A stretch of 64,000 bases of DNA from a virus. Of the stretch, positions 26,941 through 35,833 are shown in pieces. Position 1 is the first letter of the stretch. Each line of letters starts with the position of its first letter. The DNA lies in the IMG/VR virus record IMGVR_UViG_3300014050_000004, positions 54,466-118,465 of that record. The stretch is one strand, 5' to 3'. A program made the translations under genes and the position numbers. The notes beneath the pieces are model-generated. The model saw only the letters and a program-made list of their open reading frames with translations, had not been told where the DNA came from and did no database searches.

Positions 26941-29900
26941 TCAGAAGGTATTGTTTGACAAGCCTTGAGAATTCAGCTCTTTGCTCATTTGTCCGACGGA
27001 CACTCTGATCTGTTCAACTTCCATTCTCTCCAAAGTTGGAGCGGGAACATCAAACACCTTGACCATGACAACACCGTTCTCCAGGGTCTCTGGAGTGTTG
27101 ATCCTGTCGTCGCATATCACTTGGAATGCGTCAGAAGGTCTGGCTCCAAACAAAGCCCCAGCTCTCCAAAGTTGGCTCAGAACACTGTTACCAATGCTCA
27201 CAATCTGGTTGTAGACCAGGCCGAATCCGTCCACAATGGAGAAAATCTGGCTGTCATATGCGTTCCTAAGAGAACCGTATACAACGTTTTGAATGACCCT
27301 GGTGTTAACAAATTGGAACTTCCTTTGGTTCTCGTCCATCTTGTTGATGCGAGTTCTTCCGCCCCAAATGAACACTGCCGTGTTCGGGTAGCCAGGTAGA
27401 GTTCTAACAGCGTTGCAACCGTCTGGGTTCAACAGGTTTTGCTGAGCAGAATTGATTGGGATCTGTGTTCCTACAGCGTCTGCAAGCTGGTACTTGACAC
27501 CGGCAGGTGGGAACTGGAACCCTTCTGCTCTGTATCGCCTGAGCGCTACTCCAGCAACGTAAGGTGAGGGTGGAATGAATTGGTTTGAGGCATTCAGAAC
27601 GTAAGGACCGTAGAAGGCAATGAAACCGAAAGCGTTAAAGTAACGCTGGCTGTCTTCGTAAAGTCTATTGTCGTTGTCTACACCAGCTTCCACAAACTCA
27701 GCTTGGGGTTCACCATTGAACCCAACTCCTCTGAGAGCGTTGTCCATTATTTCTGTGGAAGTAATGGCGTCAAATCTCCAAAGGTTGCTTGGAGGAGTTT
27801 GCTCGGAGGTAAGAGAGATTTCAACCTGAGCACCTAGGCATACCTTGGAAGCAGAAGTGAGGTCTCCTCCAAGAGCTTGGGCTTTGATGACAGTCCAATT
27901 ATAGTTAGAACCGTCGAAAGTAACCACGATTCTGTCTCCTTGAACAACGTCTGTGGTGCCATCAGGGGCTTTACCGTCGTTGTCCACAATTTCGAAATAG
28001 ACGCCTTCGAGCTTGGAAATCAGGTTCTGAATGTCGGCTCCAGTATCACCAATATCGAGCAATTGGTTGGAGTAGACAGACAGGGTTCCACTCAAGGCAC
28101 CGGCACCGTCAGGATCATAGTTACCACCATAGATGGGGTCAATCACAGGTACGATGTAAGCTTCCGTGCTGAACTTTTGCTCAACTGTTGGTGTGCAGAT
28201 GAAGTTTTCAACGGCTGAAGTGGTGCTTCCGGCCTCAACCAGAGATAGCTCAGGCAACCAGTTGGCCTCAGCAGTTTCTCCATAAGGGAAGATCTGATTT
28301 TTGCCAACTACTACAGAGCTATTATTGAGATAGAGGGAAACTCCAACTCCCGCTGTTGCGTTGTTATTTGACTTTGTTGCTTCTTCTACAATGGTTCCGC
28401 TGGCCAAACCATACTTCCTACCCCTAATCATGGCAAAGGTGGAAACTTCGGCCATAGAAGTTGCGGTCAGACTTCCCCCTGTGACAGAAGAGTAAAGAAT
28501 TGTTGGATTGCTGGAAAGAGTTCCAGACACAAACTCAACATAGTTCCCTGCCAAGTAGTTAGAGAACGAGGAGGCAAGAAGGATGGAGTCTTCATCAAGG
28601 ACCTTCACATAGTAAGGGTGAAGACCGTTTACAGAAGAAGCTTTGAACAATACCTGGCTATCCTTGGTTACAGGCTGAGTGAAGAACACCTTTTGACCGT
28701 TTTGCAAGGTGTGGGAGACGCAATTGAACTTCCAGTATTGCTTAGAACCCAAGGTGTAGGCTTCCATGTACAGGTCGCTGTTTGGATCCAAGATCGTTCT
28801 GCTTACAAAACCAAGGCGGAAATCCTTAGTAGAGTCCTGAAGAGTGCCTGGCAAGTGAACTGTGTTCACGAACTGAGAAGAACCAGAGATGTTTTGGATC
28901 AAGTTGGACTCTTGACCGTTGATATCAATCTGATTCATCAGATCCCAAGCTGGACTTCCGTAGGAGGCAAGGACAGTCGTGCCTGCCGGGGATCCCACGC
29001 TGTAGGCTCCCATGGGCAGAGAGGCCATCAGATCGCTACCACCTGCAGCAACAACTTCAGCATACACCGCAGAAGCTTCAGCAGCTGTCTCAGTTATGTA
29101 GACAATTTGAGAAGATCCGTTGGAAGGATACGGTCCGTAAAGAGCTTGATTGAAGGGTGGTGCAACAATGTAAGCGACATCTCCAAGCGCAGTAAAGTCT
29201 GCACCGGCTGCTTCCAAAGTGACTTCCATGATCTGGAACTCAGCAGGCCAAACGTCAGAAGAGGAAATCTGGAATTGACCGATGCTGGAAGCCATGGTGG
29301 TCGTGACTGTGAACACACCATTGTCAATGGCCCCAACCTTCTCATCCGCAGCTACTTCCTCCACTGATTGCTGTACAGCAACCTTAGGATCTGAACCGCT
29401 GATGATTGGTTGGTACCTCAGTTTGTCGTAAGTAACCCCAACTCCGGTCCATTCGTAGATTGCGTTATCTACGAGATACTTAAGCCCGGTAACAAGGTCA
29501 GCTGCAGGTTTGTGAGGAGCGAACTCCTTGTACTTGTTCAAGTCCGTTACAAAGAAGGGACCGGGATCAGCCAGAGCTATCCACTTGTAGTTATTGCTTT
29601 GGCAATGAGCAGCAGCAGCAGCTCCAATGGCGGATCTACCTGCGGCATCAAACTGAGCGTATGCAGTTGGTGTGATCAAATACCCCTGATTCTGTTGGCC
29701 GTCGAAGGCAGTGTTAATGCACTGGATGTAGTCCTGATATACCCTTTCCAGATTGTTTGACATGCCCACGATGTTCTGAACATCGTAGGAATTGTTCATG
29801 ATTACACTGTATGAACCGACAACATTCTGCTGGTTAACCACAGATACCGAGCCACCGTAAGAGGAAGCTGCAATAGTGATGAAACCGCTTTCAGAGGTTG

Positions 29901-30558
29901 AAGTAGGATCCAGATCAACCACGAGACCGAAATCTCTAACGTAGATAGAGCTGCTAACGCTTGGGTTGCTTTCGATAGCTGCCGCAATTGCTGTTACGAC
30001 GGCTTTCGAAATCTTTCTGTTATTGACAGCGTCCCCAGCGATGTAATCCACTGGGATGGTAACCGGGACACCAAGCCATTCTCCTGAAGAGCTGTAACCA
30101 GTGGACCCATCTCCCGCTACAAGCTTCAGACCATTCAGGATAAGCTGTGCATAAACAATGTCACCAGCTTCGAAGTTTGTTGGCAATCCGGAGTTGTTGA
30201 GTTTGGTCCCGGAAGGCAGGAATTCGATTTCGGAGATTTGGTTAGGTGTACCAACTCTAACGACTCTCAAATCTCCGACTTGAGCATTTTGGTAGAAGGA
30301 ATTAACGCAGTTGTAGCTGAGAAGAGGGATGCGGGACTCAGGTACCACACCACCGACCAAAGCCTTATAGTCCTGCAGAGAGGTGATTGCTACAGGAGTA
30401 TTGAAAGGAAACACTGTGACAGGCACAGATTCTTCTGCTTCCACAAGCATATACACAGTGCTAAAGGAAGAAATACCAGCAGAAGCTATGTTTCCAACTG
30501 TTTCATTGATGTAGGTTCCGGGAGCTCCAGGTGTAGCTCCAAAGGAGAAAGTTGCCAT
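26941..30558 (-). CDS. Contractile tail sheath protein (1205 aa)
   Basis: N-terminal APGTYINE; C-terminal IPPSPYVAG...FPPAG...LNPDGCNAVR...IWGGRT...FVNTRVI. Confidence 0.92.
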   Translation of the reverse strand: MATFSFGATPGAPGTYINETVGNIASAGISSFSTVYMLVEAEESVPVTVFPFNTPVAITSLQDYKALVGGVVPESRIPLLSYNCVNSFYQNAQVGDLRVVRVGTPNQISEIEFLPSGTKLNNSGLPTNFEAGDIVYAQLILNGLKLVAGDGSTGYSSSGEWLGVPVTIPVDYIAGDAVNNRKISKAVVTAIAAAIESNPSVSSSIYVRDFGLVVDLDPTSTSESGFITIAASSYGGSVSVVNQQNVVGSYSVIMNNSYDVQNIVGMSNNLERVYQDYIQCINTAFDGQQNQGYLITPTAYAQFDAAGRSAIGAAAAAHCQSNNYKWIALADPGPFFVTDLNKYKEFAPHKPAADLVTGLKYLVDNAIYEWTGVGVTYDKLRYQPIISGSDPKVAVQQSVEEVAADEKVGAIDNGVFTVTTTMASSIGQFQISSSDVWPAEFQIMEVTLEAAGADFTALGDVAYIVAPPFNQALYGPYPSNGSSQIVYITETAAEASAVYAEVVAAGGSDLMASLPMGAYSVGSPAGTTVLASYGSPAWDLMNQIDINGQESNLIQNISGSSQFVNTVHLPGTLQDSTKDFRLGFVSRTILDPNSDLYMEAYTLGSKQYWKFNCVSHTLQNGQKVFFTQPVTKDSQVLFKASSVNGLHPYYVKVLDEDSILLASSFSNYLAGNYVEFVSGTLSSNPTILYSSVTGGSLTATSMAEVSTFAMIRGRKYGLASGTIVEEATKSNNNATAGVGVSLYLNNSSVVVGKNQIFPYGETAEANWLPELSLVEAGSTTSAVENFICTPTVEQKFSTEAYIVPVIDPIYGGNYDPDGAGALSGTLSVYSNQLLDIGDTGADIQNLISKLEGVYFEIVDNDGKAPDGTTDVVQGDRIVVTFDGSNYNWTVIKAQALGGDLTSASKVCLGAQVEISLTSEQTPPSNLWRFDAITSTEIMDNALRGVGFNGEPQAEFVEAGVDNDNRLYEDSQRYFNAFGFIAFYGPYVLNASNQFIPPSPYVAGVALRRYRAEGFQFPPAGVKYQLADAVGTQIPINSAQQNLLNPDGCNAVRTLPGYPNTAVFIWGGRTRINKMDENQRKFQFVNTRVIQNVVYGSLRNAYDSQIFSIVDGFGLVYNQIVSIGNSVLSQLWRAGALFGARPSDAFQVICDDRINTPETLENGVVMVKVFDVPAPTLERMEVEQIRVSVGQMSKELNSQGLSNNTF

Positions 30559-30652
30559 TTAGTTAAGGTCCTTATTTTCCTACCCATTGTGCTGGTAAGG
30601 ACATTTCCAACGGTGGTGCCCGCAGGCCAATGAGTCGGTTAGACGCTTGATT

Positions 30653-30659
30653 TTTACCC
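30653..30659 (-). promoter_or_regulatory. GGGTAWR putative late-promoter element (sheath)
   Basis: GGGTAAA just after the upstream stop; 94 nt to ATG 30558. Confidence 0.4.
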
Positions 30660-30664
30660 TACTC

Positions 30665-31024
30665 CTAAGACAACTGTTTCGATGTTTGCACTACACCGTT
30701 AATTTCCTCAACGTGAGACAAAGCGTATGATCCGTACTTTGAGAGTGCCTGGTAATACTCTTGAGCGTTGGAATAAGGATAGTAAGTGTCATCAGCGCTG
30801 TACTGCCCAGTATCTACAGACACTGTAATGGATGACTGGGTTAGGCCAGATGAGGGGAGTCCGGAGTTGTCTGGTTCTTTGAGTATTGAACCTGGGACTG
30901 GCATCTTTGTAATGTCCCAGAAAGGATTGGCTTCCAATACCTCTCTGTAGGAGGTAGAGTCGGAGAAAAACACGAACCCCAACTTACCCCAACTACTTCC
31001 GGACTGAAGAACGAAATTGTTCAC
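30665..31024 (-). CDS. Tail protein X/LysM-like baseplate protein
   Basis: SSWGKLGFVFFSDSTSYREVLEANP pattern. Confidence 0.6.
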   Translation of the reverse strand: MNNFVLQSGSSWGKLGFVFFSDSTSYREVLEANPFWDITKMPVPGSILKEPDNSGLPSSGLTQSSITVSVDTGQYSADDTYYPYSNAQEYYQALSKYGSYALSHVEEINGVVQTSKQLS

Positions 31025-31353
31025 CTATTGATTCTTTGAGAGCGTGCCAAAAGTCTGGCTCCAATTTCAGTTCCTCTGCTCAGAGGGAATCCTTTTTCCT
31101 TGGCAACCTCTACAACTTCTTTGTCAAGCTGAGGGCTGGGGACGAATGGGTTTTCCTCATCAGAGTCAGTTTTTCTCGAAAGTTTGTCATGCATCGTTGC
31201 TTGAATCTTCTCAACGCTGATGTCTTGGAGAACTGGAGAGGTCTCTTCTTTTTCCTCTTCCACAACTTCAGACTCGGTCTTGGGGAGTTCTTGCATGGTT
31301 TCCTCTACTTCTGGGGTTTCTGATTGTGAGGGGGAATTTCTGCGTCTTGACAT
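31021..31353 (-). CDS. Acidic hypothetical protein
   Basis: Operonic, Glu-rich. Confidence 0.6.
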   Translation of the reverse strand: MSRRRNSPSQSETPEVEETMQELPKTESEVVEEEKEETSPVLQDISVEKIQATMHDKLSRKTDSDEENPFVPSPQLDKEVVEVAKEKGFPLSRGTEIGARLLARSQRINR

Positions 31354-31360
31354 TGAATAC

Positions 31361-31762
31361 CTACTTGAGAATGTGTTTTATGGCTATCCGCGATAGGATA
31401 TCCAAGGAAGCGTTTGACACGCCCATCCAGGGTCTGGCTGGCATCTTGGTAGTACCGAACTGATGATACATACCGACTGGGGAAGTTACAACATTAAACC
31501 TGTTGCCCTTGTTTTCTATGGTCGCTTGCTCTAACATTTTTCCCGTAACTCTCAGCATTGGCAAGGAACCGTAATTCCTTCTTTTCCACTTTGAGTACGC
31601 GGGGGAGAGAGCCTTCCAAGGTTTACCCTTATAGTCAGTTTCAGCAGTCCAGTTCTTGCGATTTTCCAGCAACAACATTGCTGGCCATGCAGCCTTGGTT
31701 TTCGACCACCAGTTTAAGTTAATGATCTTGGAGCTTTTGGGGCTCATTTTGATAGAAATCAT
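31361..31762 (-). CDS. Virion morphogenesis protein (Mu gpG/tail completion-like)
   Basis: PWKALSPAY...LRVTGKM...YHQFGTTKMPARPWMG. Confidence 0.85.
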   Translation of the reverse strand: MISIKMSPKSSKIINLNWWSKTKAAWPAMLLLENRKNWTAETDYKGKPWKALSPAYSKWKRRNYGSLPMLRVTGKMLEQATIENKGNRFNVVTSPVGMYHQFGTTKMPARPWMGVSNASLDILSRIAIKHILK

Positions 31763-32184
31763 TTCTTCCTCGGCTTCTTTGCAGCATCTTTTTGTTTTTC
31801 TACAAACTTCTCATTGATGCTGATCATCAGCTTAACCTTGCTCATGGGTTGGTCTTCTAACCAGTCTATTGATTGATCCCATCTTTGCTTACACAAATGA
31901 AAGGCCACCTCTAGCCAATTTTCCACGGAAAAGATGCTATCGGAAAAAATGTTGTCCACCATCCAATTCGTCAAGGCTCTGAAAGTCCTGGAAGACACTC
32001 TTTCAAGTATTTCAGGGTTGCTAAGCAACCTGAGAAGCAGAGGCATGTAGTTTCCGTTCTGCGTTCTTATCAACTGTGCCAGGTAGAAGTCTTTGGGTCT
32101 AACCTCTCTGATTATGAATGGGCCGTGGCCGTTTACGAAAACTTTATAGGAAAAGTCTTCGTTATCCGTAGCTATTACTTTGGG
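31759..32184 (-). CDS. Tail assembly chaperone frameshift extension (G-T-like, -1 frame)
   Basis: Reading frame is open from the slippery site at 32184 to the stop at 31759; no ATG until 32046. Confidence 0.7.
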   Translation of the reverse strand, partial: PKVIATDNEDFSYKVFVNGHGPFIIREVRPKDFYLAQLIRTQNGNYMPLLLRLLSNPEILERVSSRTFRALTNWMVDNIFSDSIFSVENWLEVAFHLCKQRWDQSIDWLEDQPMSKVKLMISINEKFVEKQKDAAKKPRKK

Positions 32185-32501
32185 TCTTTCAGATCTTCAC
32201 CATTGGCCTTAGCAACAAGTTCAGAGATGGCTTTGATGTCTCTGACACCCATATTTTCAATTTCTTCGTAAGACAGAGAATTGGGACCTACATTGAGTCT
32301 TTCAATAATGTGAAAACTCCTTCGGGTGTCTTTCATATCCCCAAGTTCCTCTTCCATATATACCAGATCTTTCCCTGTCATTTCCCTGATCGTGATTGAG
32401 GTTCCGTTTCTCAGAGTTACACTGAAAGTTTCAAGCTCTGGGTAGGAGAAGTCATCAGGATTGCCGTCTGTTGGGGCCTGAGGGTTGTTGACTGTTCGCA
32501 T
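32175..32501 (-). CDS. Tail assembly chaperone (Mu gp41-like)
   Basis: ITIREMTGKDL...EEIENMGVRDIKAI; ends GAC CCA AAG TAA. Confidence 0.75.
   Translation of the reverse strand: MRTVNNPQAPTDGNPDDFSYPELETFSVTLRNGTSITIREMTGKDLVYMEEELGDMKDTRRSFHIIERLNVGPNSLSYEEIENMGVRDIKAISELVAKANGEDLKDPK
32178..32184 (-). other. -1 programmed ribosomal frameshift heptamer C CCA AAG
   Basis: X XXY YYZ in the correct phase, immediately before the chaperone stop codon. Confidence 0.75.
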
Positions 32502-32518
32502 AGTTTAGTTGATGAATG

Positions 32519-32731
32519 CTAGTCGATTTTTACCCTTAGCTCGTGCAGTTTGGCTTCAACCTCAGGGTTGGAGAATCCGGCAGGGAGGGAGAGAGCCAAG
32601 GTATTTGCCTCCCTCCAACTCATCAGTGCCTCTGATCTGTCTCCAACGTTCAATCTATCCTCAACATCTTGCAACCAAGACTGTATGACTTCCATTCTGA
32701 ATTCAGGGTCTTTGGGCAAGGGAAAGGGCAT
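32519..32731 (-). CDS. Hypothetical protein
   Basis: Start moved to MPFPLPKDPEF, 1 nt after the upstream stop. Confidence 0.55.
   Translation of the reverse strand: MPFPLPKDPEFRMEVIQSWLQDVEDRLNVGDRSEALMSWREANTLALSLPAGFSNPEVEAKLHELRVKID
32529..32535 (-). promoter_or_regulatory. GGGTAWR putative late-promoter element
   Basis: GGGTAAA, 27 nt upstream of chaperone ATG 32501; marks the start of the virion module. Confidence 0.5.
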
Positions 32732-32732
32732 G

Positions 32733-32924
32733 TTACATAGCCCCCAAAATGGACTCCACCCTTTTCCTGGAGTAGTACTCTTGGTTGTAATAGCAATCAA
32801 CAGAATGAGAAACTCCTGTCCACTTTACTTCGGGAATGATAGCCCACCAAAAGTTGCTTGTTTTGCTGTTTCTTAGTCCTTTGAATACCCCGAGGGTGAA
32901 GCTTCTTTGTGTCTCTTTTGTCAT
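32733..32924 (-). CDS. Hypothetical protein
   Basis: Abuts the polymerase stop. Confidence 0.5.
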   Translation of the reverse strand: MTKETQRSFTLGVFKGLRNSKTSNFWWAIIPEVKWTGVSHSVDCYYNQEYYSRKRVESILGAM

Positions 32925-35798
32925 TTAAATCAAACCTTGTGAAATGGCTCTGTATCTTGTTGTTAGTTTGTCTATAGCACCGATCTCAGATAGCTCCATC
33001 ATTGAAAACTCTTCTCCATTCGGTTCCTCATTACCTTTCGGGTTTGAAGGAGAGACGGTGGATTCCCTTGGGGATTTGCGAATCTTGCTATCTATTGCTA
33101 CGGAGGAGAAATAAGATCTGCTCAAGGGCAGTTCAGGGATCCCGACACGACTGTGAAACAAGCTCCAAGTGTACATGTGTGCAATCTGAAACAGAACAGC
33201 GAACTGTTGGGAGTATTTCTCAGGGGTCATGAACCACACTTCATCGTGGATGCTAATGATGAATCTGCATGGGATTTTGTATTCCTCTGACAGCCAGTGA
33301 ACTGCAGTCAGCATGATCGATAAGATCTCGGCGCCAGAAGATTGAATCGTCCAGTTAACTCTACCCGTCTTAAAGTCGTCTCCAACAGCAGAAGGTCTCA
33401 TGGCTGTGGAGATCTTTGTGCCCAGACAGGGCAGGGTTGGGACTTTGCTTCTCATGGCAATTTCTTCCATGTAGTTGAAACAACCGGAATCCGTTCCCCC
33501 TTCATATAACCCGCCTTGTAACTGGCCTTTCTTTGAGGAAAGAGCTTTGAAAGCGAAGTTTTTGACCTGAGAAGGAGACTTTTCTGGGTAGATCTTTCGG
33601 ATGTAAGTTTGAATGGCTCGGGCACCTCCCCCATACAATACAGTGAATCCCACAATCTTCGCAAGATCCCTTGCCTTTGCGATTTCCTTATACCTCTCCT
33701 TAGAGATGGGGGTCAGAGTTGACTTGTCCTCAGACAGTTCGCAAACCCCTTTGTGAGAATCCCAAACAATGCCTTGATAGAGCTCGGGCATGATGGCTCT
33801 GGCCAGAGCAGTGTGAGGGTCTGTCCCAAGCTCTTTCGCCCCGCTCAGAACGTTATATCCGAAGGGGGAGCAACCAATGTGTCCCCCTTCCCACTTGTCA
33901 CTGTAGATGGCTGCGATATTTAGCTCTTGAGCGTCAAAGTCAGCCCCGACAATCTTCCAGCCTTCTGGAGCAGTGATCCTTGACTTAAGCTCAGTCCCAA
34001 TCCGGTTCGGCTTTGTGGAACACATTGTAACCATCAAGGCTTCCACGGTTCTTCGAGTCACTGTTCCATGGCATAGAATCTCTGGCAAGGTAACAAGAGC
34101 ATCTTTGCCATAGGGGTTCTCGCTCTTGAGGAAAATCCGATCCATGACCCTGCTTCTCACAGATGTCCAATAGGAGGTGGCTGAAGAGATTTCAAGTGCT
34201 CTTTTTGCTTCAGGAAGGTCGCTGCTGAGCCTTCCGACATTCATGTCTTCGATGAAATCTTTGGTAAGCAAACCTCCCACATTTTCCCCTGTACCTTTGG
34301 GGTGAGGGACTTTGGAGATTGAGCCTTCTTCTTCGTTCCAGTAGCACCACCCAGAACCTTCCACAAACTGCAAAGGTTGGCCTTCCCACTTGAGCTTGAG
34401 TAGCAGGTGTGCAATCCTGCTCTTGACCCCAATGGGGGTGTTAGGGTCCTTGGAGAAAGGGCGTATCCAGTTGGGCACATTGGCATATTTGCCTTTGGTG
34501 GAGGCCACTGTCCAATCAAGTTGTGAAAACCAGGGATCTTTCTTCACCCATTCGTCTCTCTCGGATTCTGTTGAAAGTTCCTGCCACTCTTCATAGCAAG
34601 AGTATAGCAAGTCTTTGCAAATCCGACTCATCTCCTCGTTGTGCTCTTGGAAAACTCTCTCGGTGTTTGCAATCCAATCCGTCCATTCGTCGATGAGAGG
34701 TACGACAGAACCATTCAAGTAGTAGTGGCCACAAAGAGCCACGGGAGAAGGAGTGCTGTCTCTGTATTTGGGCCACAAGGCTTGAAAGAGTTCTGCCGTA
34801 TATAGAGCGTCCTTGACAGCGTAGTCAACGGCTTTGCCAAGCATTGAAGTAATCTGGGAGATATGTGTCGCTCTTACGAACACATCTCTCACAGCTTTGT
34901 CTTCAGACCCAAGAGGTTGAGCACTGCTGTCCCCAAAGAATTTCTTAACCTCGTATACGTGGAAGTTGTAGCATTGAACAAGGCTATTGGTTGCTCCCTT
35001 CTCTAGCCACTTAGGTGCGTATCTGAGCTTTCTCTTTTCCTCTTCGGTCAAGTTTTCTGGGTCCTTGGCAGCCAAAACGTAGAGCCACCTTTGTCCGGAA
35101 GCCAATCCTGAAACTCCGACATGGGCAGACAAGGTGTCAAAATAGAAGTTTTCTGGTCTGGTATTGTTAAGATTGTATCCTTCCTGAGCCCTCACTCTGT
35201 CGTACGACACATTGTGTCCAACGATGAACCGGTCCTTGCCAACTGGAATCAAGTCAAATTGGTCCCATTCTTCTTCTGGCAGGGAGGGATTGATGAGCTC
35301 AGAGGCCAACCATATATAAGCTGCTTTCGAAGACAGAGCCGTTCCAATTACCGGAAACGCTCCACCTTGAACAAAAGTTTCGGTGTCAAAAGTAAATGCC
35401 TCTTCAGTAGGATAGTCAACTTGTTCCACCTCAAACTCTTCCCCGTTCCAGAAGTAACGAGTCCACCCAGGGTTGAACTGAATGTCCTTTTCTTGGGGAA
35501 CAGGAGGCAACTTTGATGTGGAAAATTCCTCAGCCAACTCCAGGTACCTACCAATCTGCAAGTTGGCGATGGAATGAAAGTGTTCTTCTAAGTTGTGACC
35601 CTTGAGATCAGGAAGCGGCAAAGGCCCGTCATACAGGTTGTTCGGGTAATCTACAGGAACTGAAACACCAAACCTATTGAGCAAGCTCTCAGCTCTCTTT
35701 TGGTCACGAGGTGTCATGGCCTTCGGTTTCTCGGGGCCGAAAATCTTAGAGTGGATCTCCTCAGAGACCACCGGATAACCGAGTTCGTTGAGTTTCAT
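32925..35798 (-). CDS. Family A DNA polymerase, mitochondrial Pol-gamma-like
   Basis: Exo I FDTET, exo II VGHNVSYDR, FDTLSAHVGVSGL, DPWFSQLDW, KVPHPKGTGENVG, GTVTRRTVE, NRIGTELKSRITAPEGWKIVGADFDAQEL (motif A), RDLAKIVGFTVLYGGG (B), GRVNWTIQSSG...RFIISIHDEV (C). Confidence 0.93.
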   Translation of the reverse strand: MKLNELGYPVVSEEIHSKIFGPEKPKAMTPRDQKRAESLLNRFGVSVPVDYPNNLYDGPLPLPDLKGHNLEEHFHSIANLQIGRYLELAEEFSTSKLPPVPQEKDIQFNPGWTRYFWNGEEFEVEQVDYPTEEAFTFDTETFVQGGAFPVIGTALSSKAAYIWLASELINPSLPEEEWDQFDLIPVGKDRFIVGHNVSYDRVRAQEGYNLNNTRPENFYFDTLSAHVGVSGLASGQRWLYVLAAKDPENLTEEEKRKLRYAPKWLEKGATNSLVQCYNFHVYEVKKFFGDSSAQPLGSEDKAVRDVFVRATHISQITSMLGKAVDYAVKDALYTAELFQALWPKYRDSTPSPVALCGHYYLNGSVVPLIDEWTDWIANTERVFQEHNEEMSRICKDLLYSCYEEWQELSTESERDEWVKKDPWFSQLDWTVASTKGKYANVPNWIRPFSKDPNTPIGVKSRIAHLLLKLKWEGQPLQFVEGSGWCYWNEEEGSISKVPHPKGTGENVGGLLTKDFIEDMNVGRLSSDLPEAKRALEISSATSYWTSVRSRVMDRIFLKSENPYGKDALVTLPEILCHGTVTRRTVEALMVTMCSTKPNRIGTELKSRITAPEGWKIVGADFDAQELNIAAIYSDKWEGGHIGCSPFGYNVLSGAKELGTDPHTALARAIMPELYQGIVWDSHKGVCELSEDKSTLTPISKERYKEIAKARDLAKIVGFTVLYGGGARAIQTYIRKIYPEKSPSQVKNFAFKALSSKKGQLQGGLYEGGTDSGCFNYMEEIAMRSKVPTLPCLGTKISTAMRPSAVGDDFKTGRVNWTIQSSGAEILSIMLTAVHWLSEEYKIPCRFIISIHDEVWFMTPEKYSQQFAVLFQIAHMYTWSLFHSRVGIPELPLSRSYFSSVAIDSKIRKSPRESTVSPSNPKGNEEPNGEEFSMMELSEIGAIDKLTTRYRAISQGLI

Positions 35799-35833
35799 TT
35801 TGTTTTGTTTGCGTGTTGTTAATATGAACCTAA

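Noticed and set aside
32091-32100. Second AGACCCAAAG copy as another frameshift site
   Set aside because: In the translated frame it reads AGA CCC AAA G, the wrong phase for X XXY YYZ slippage
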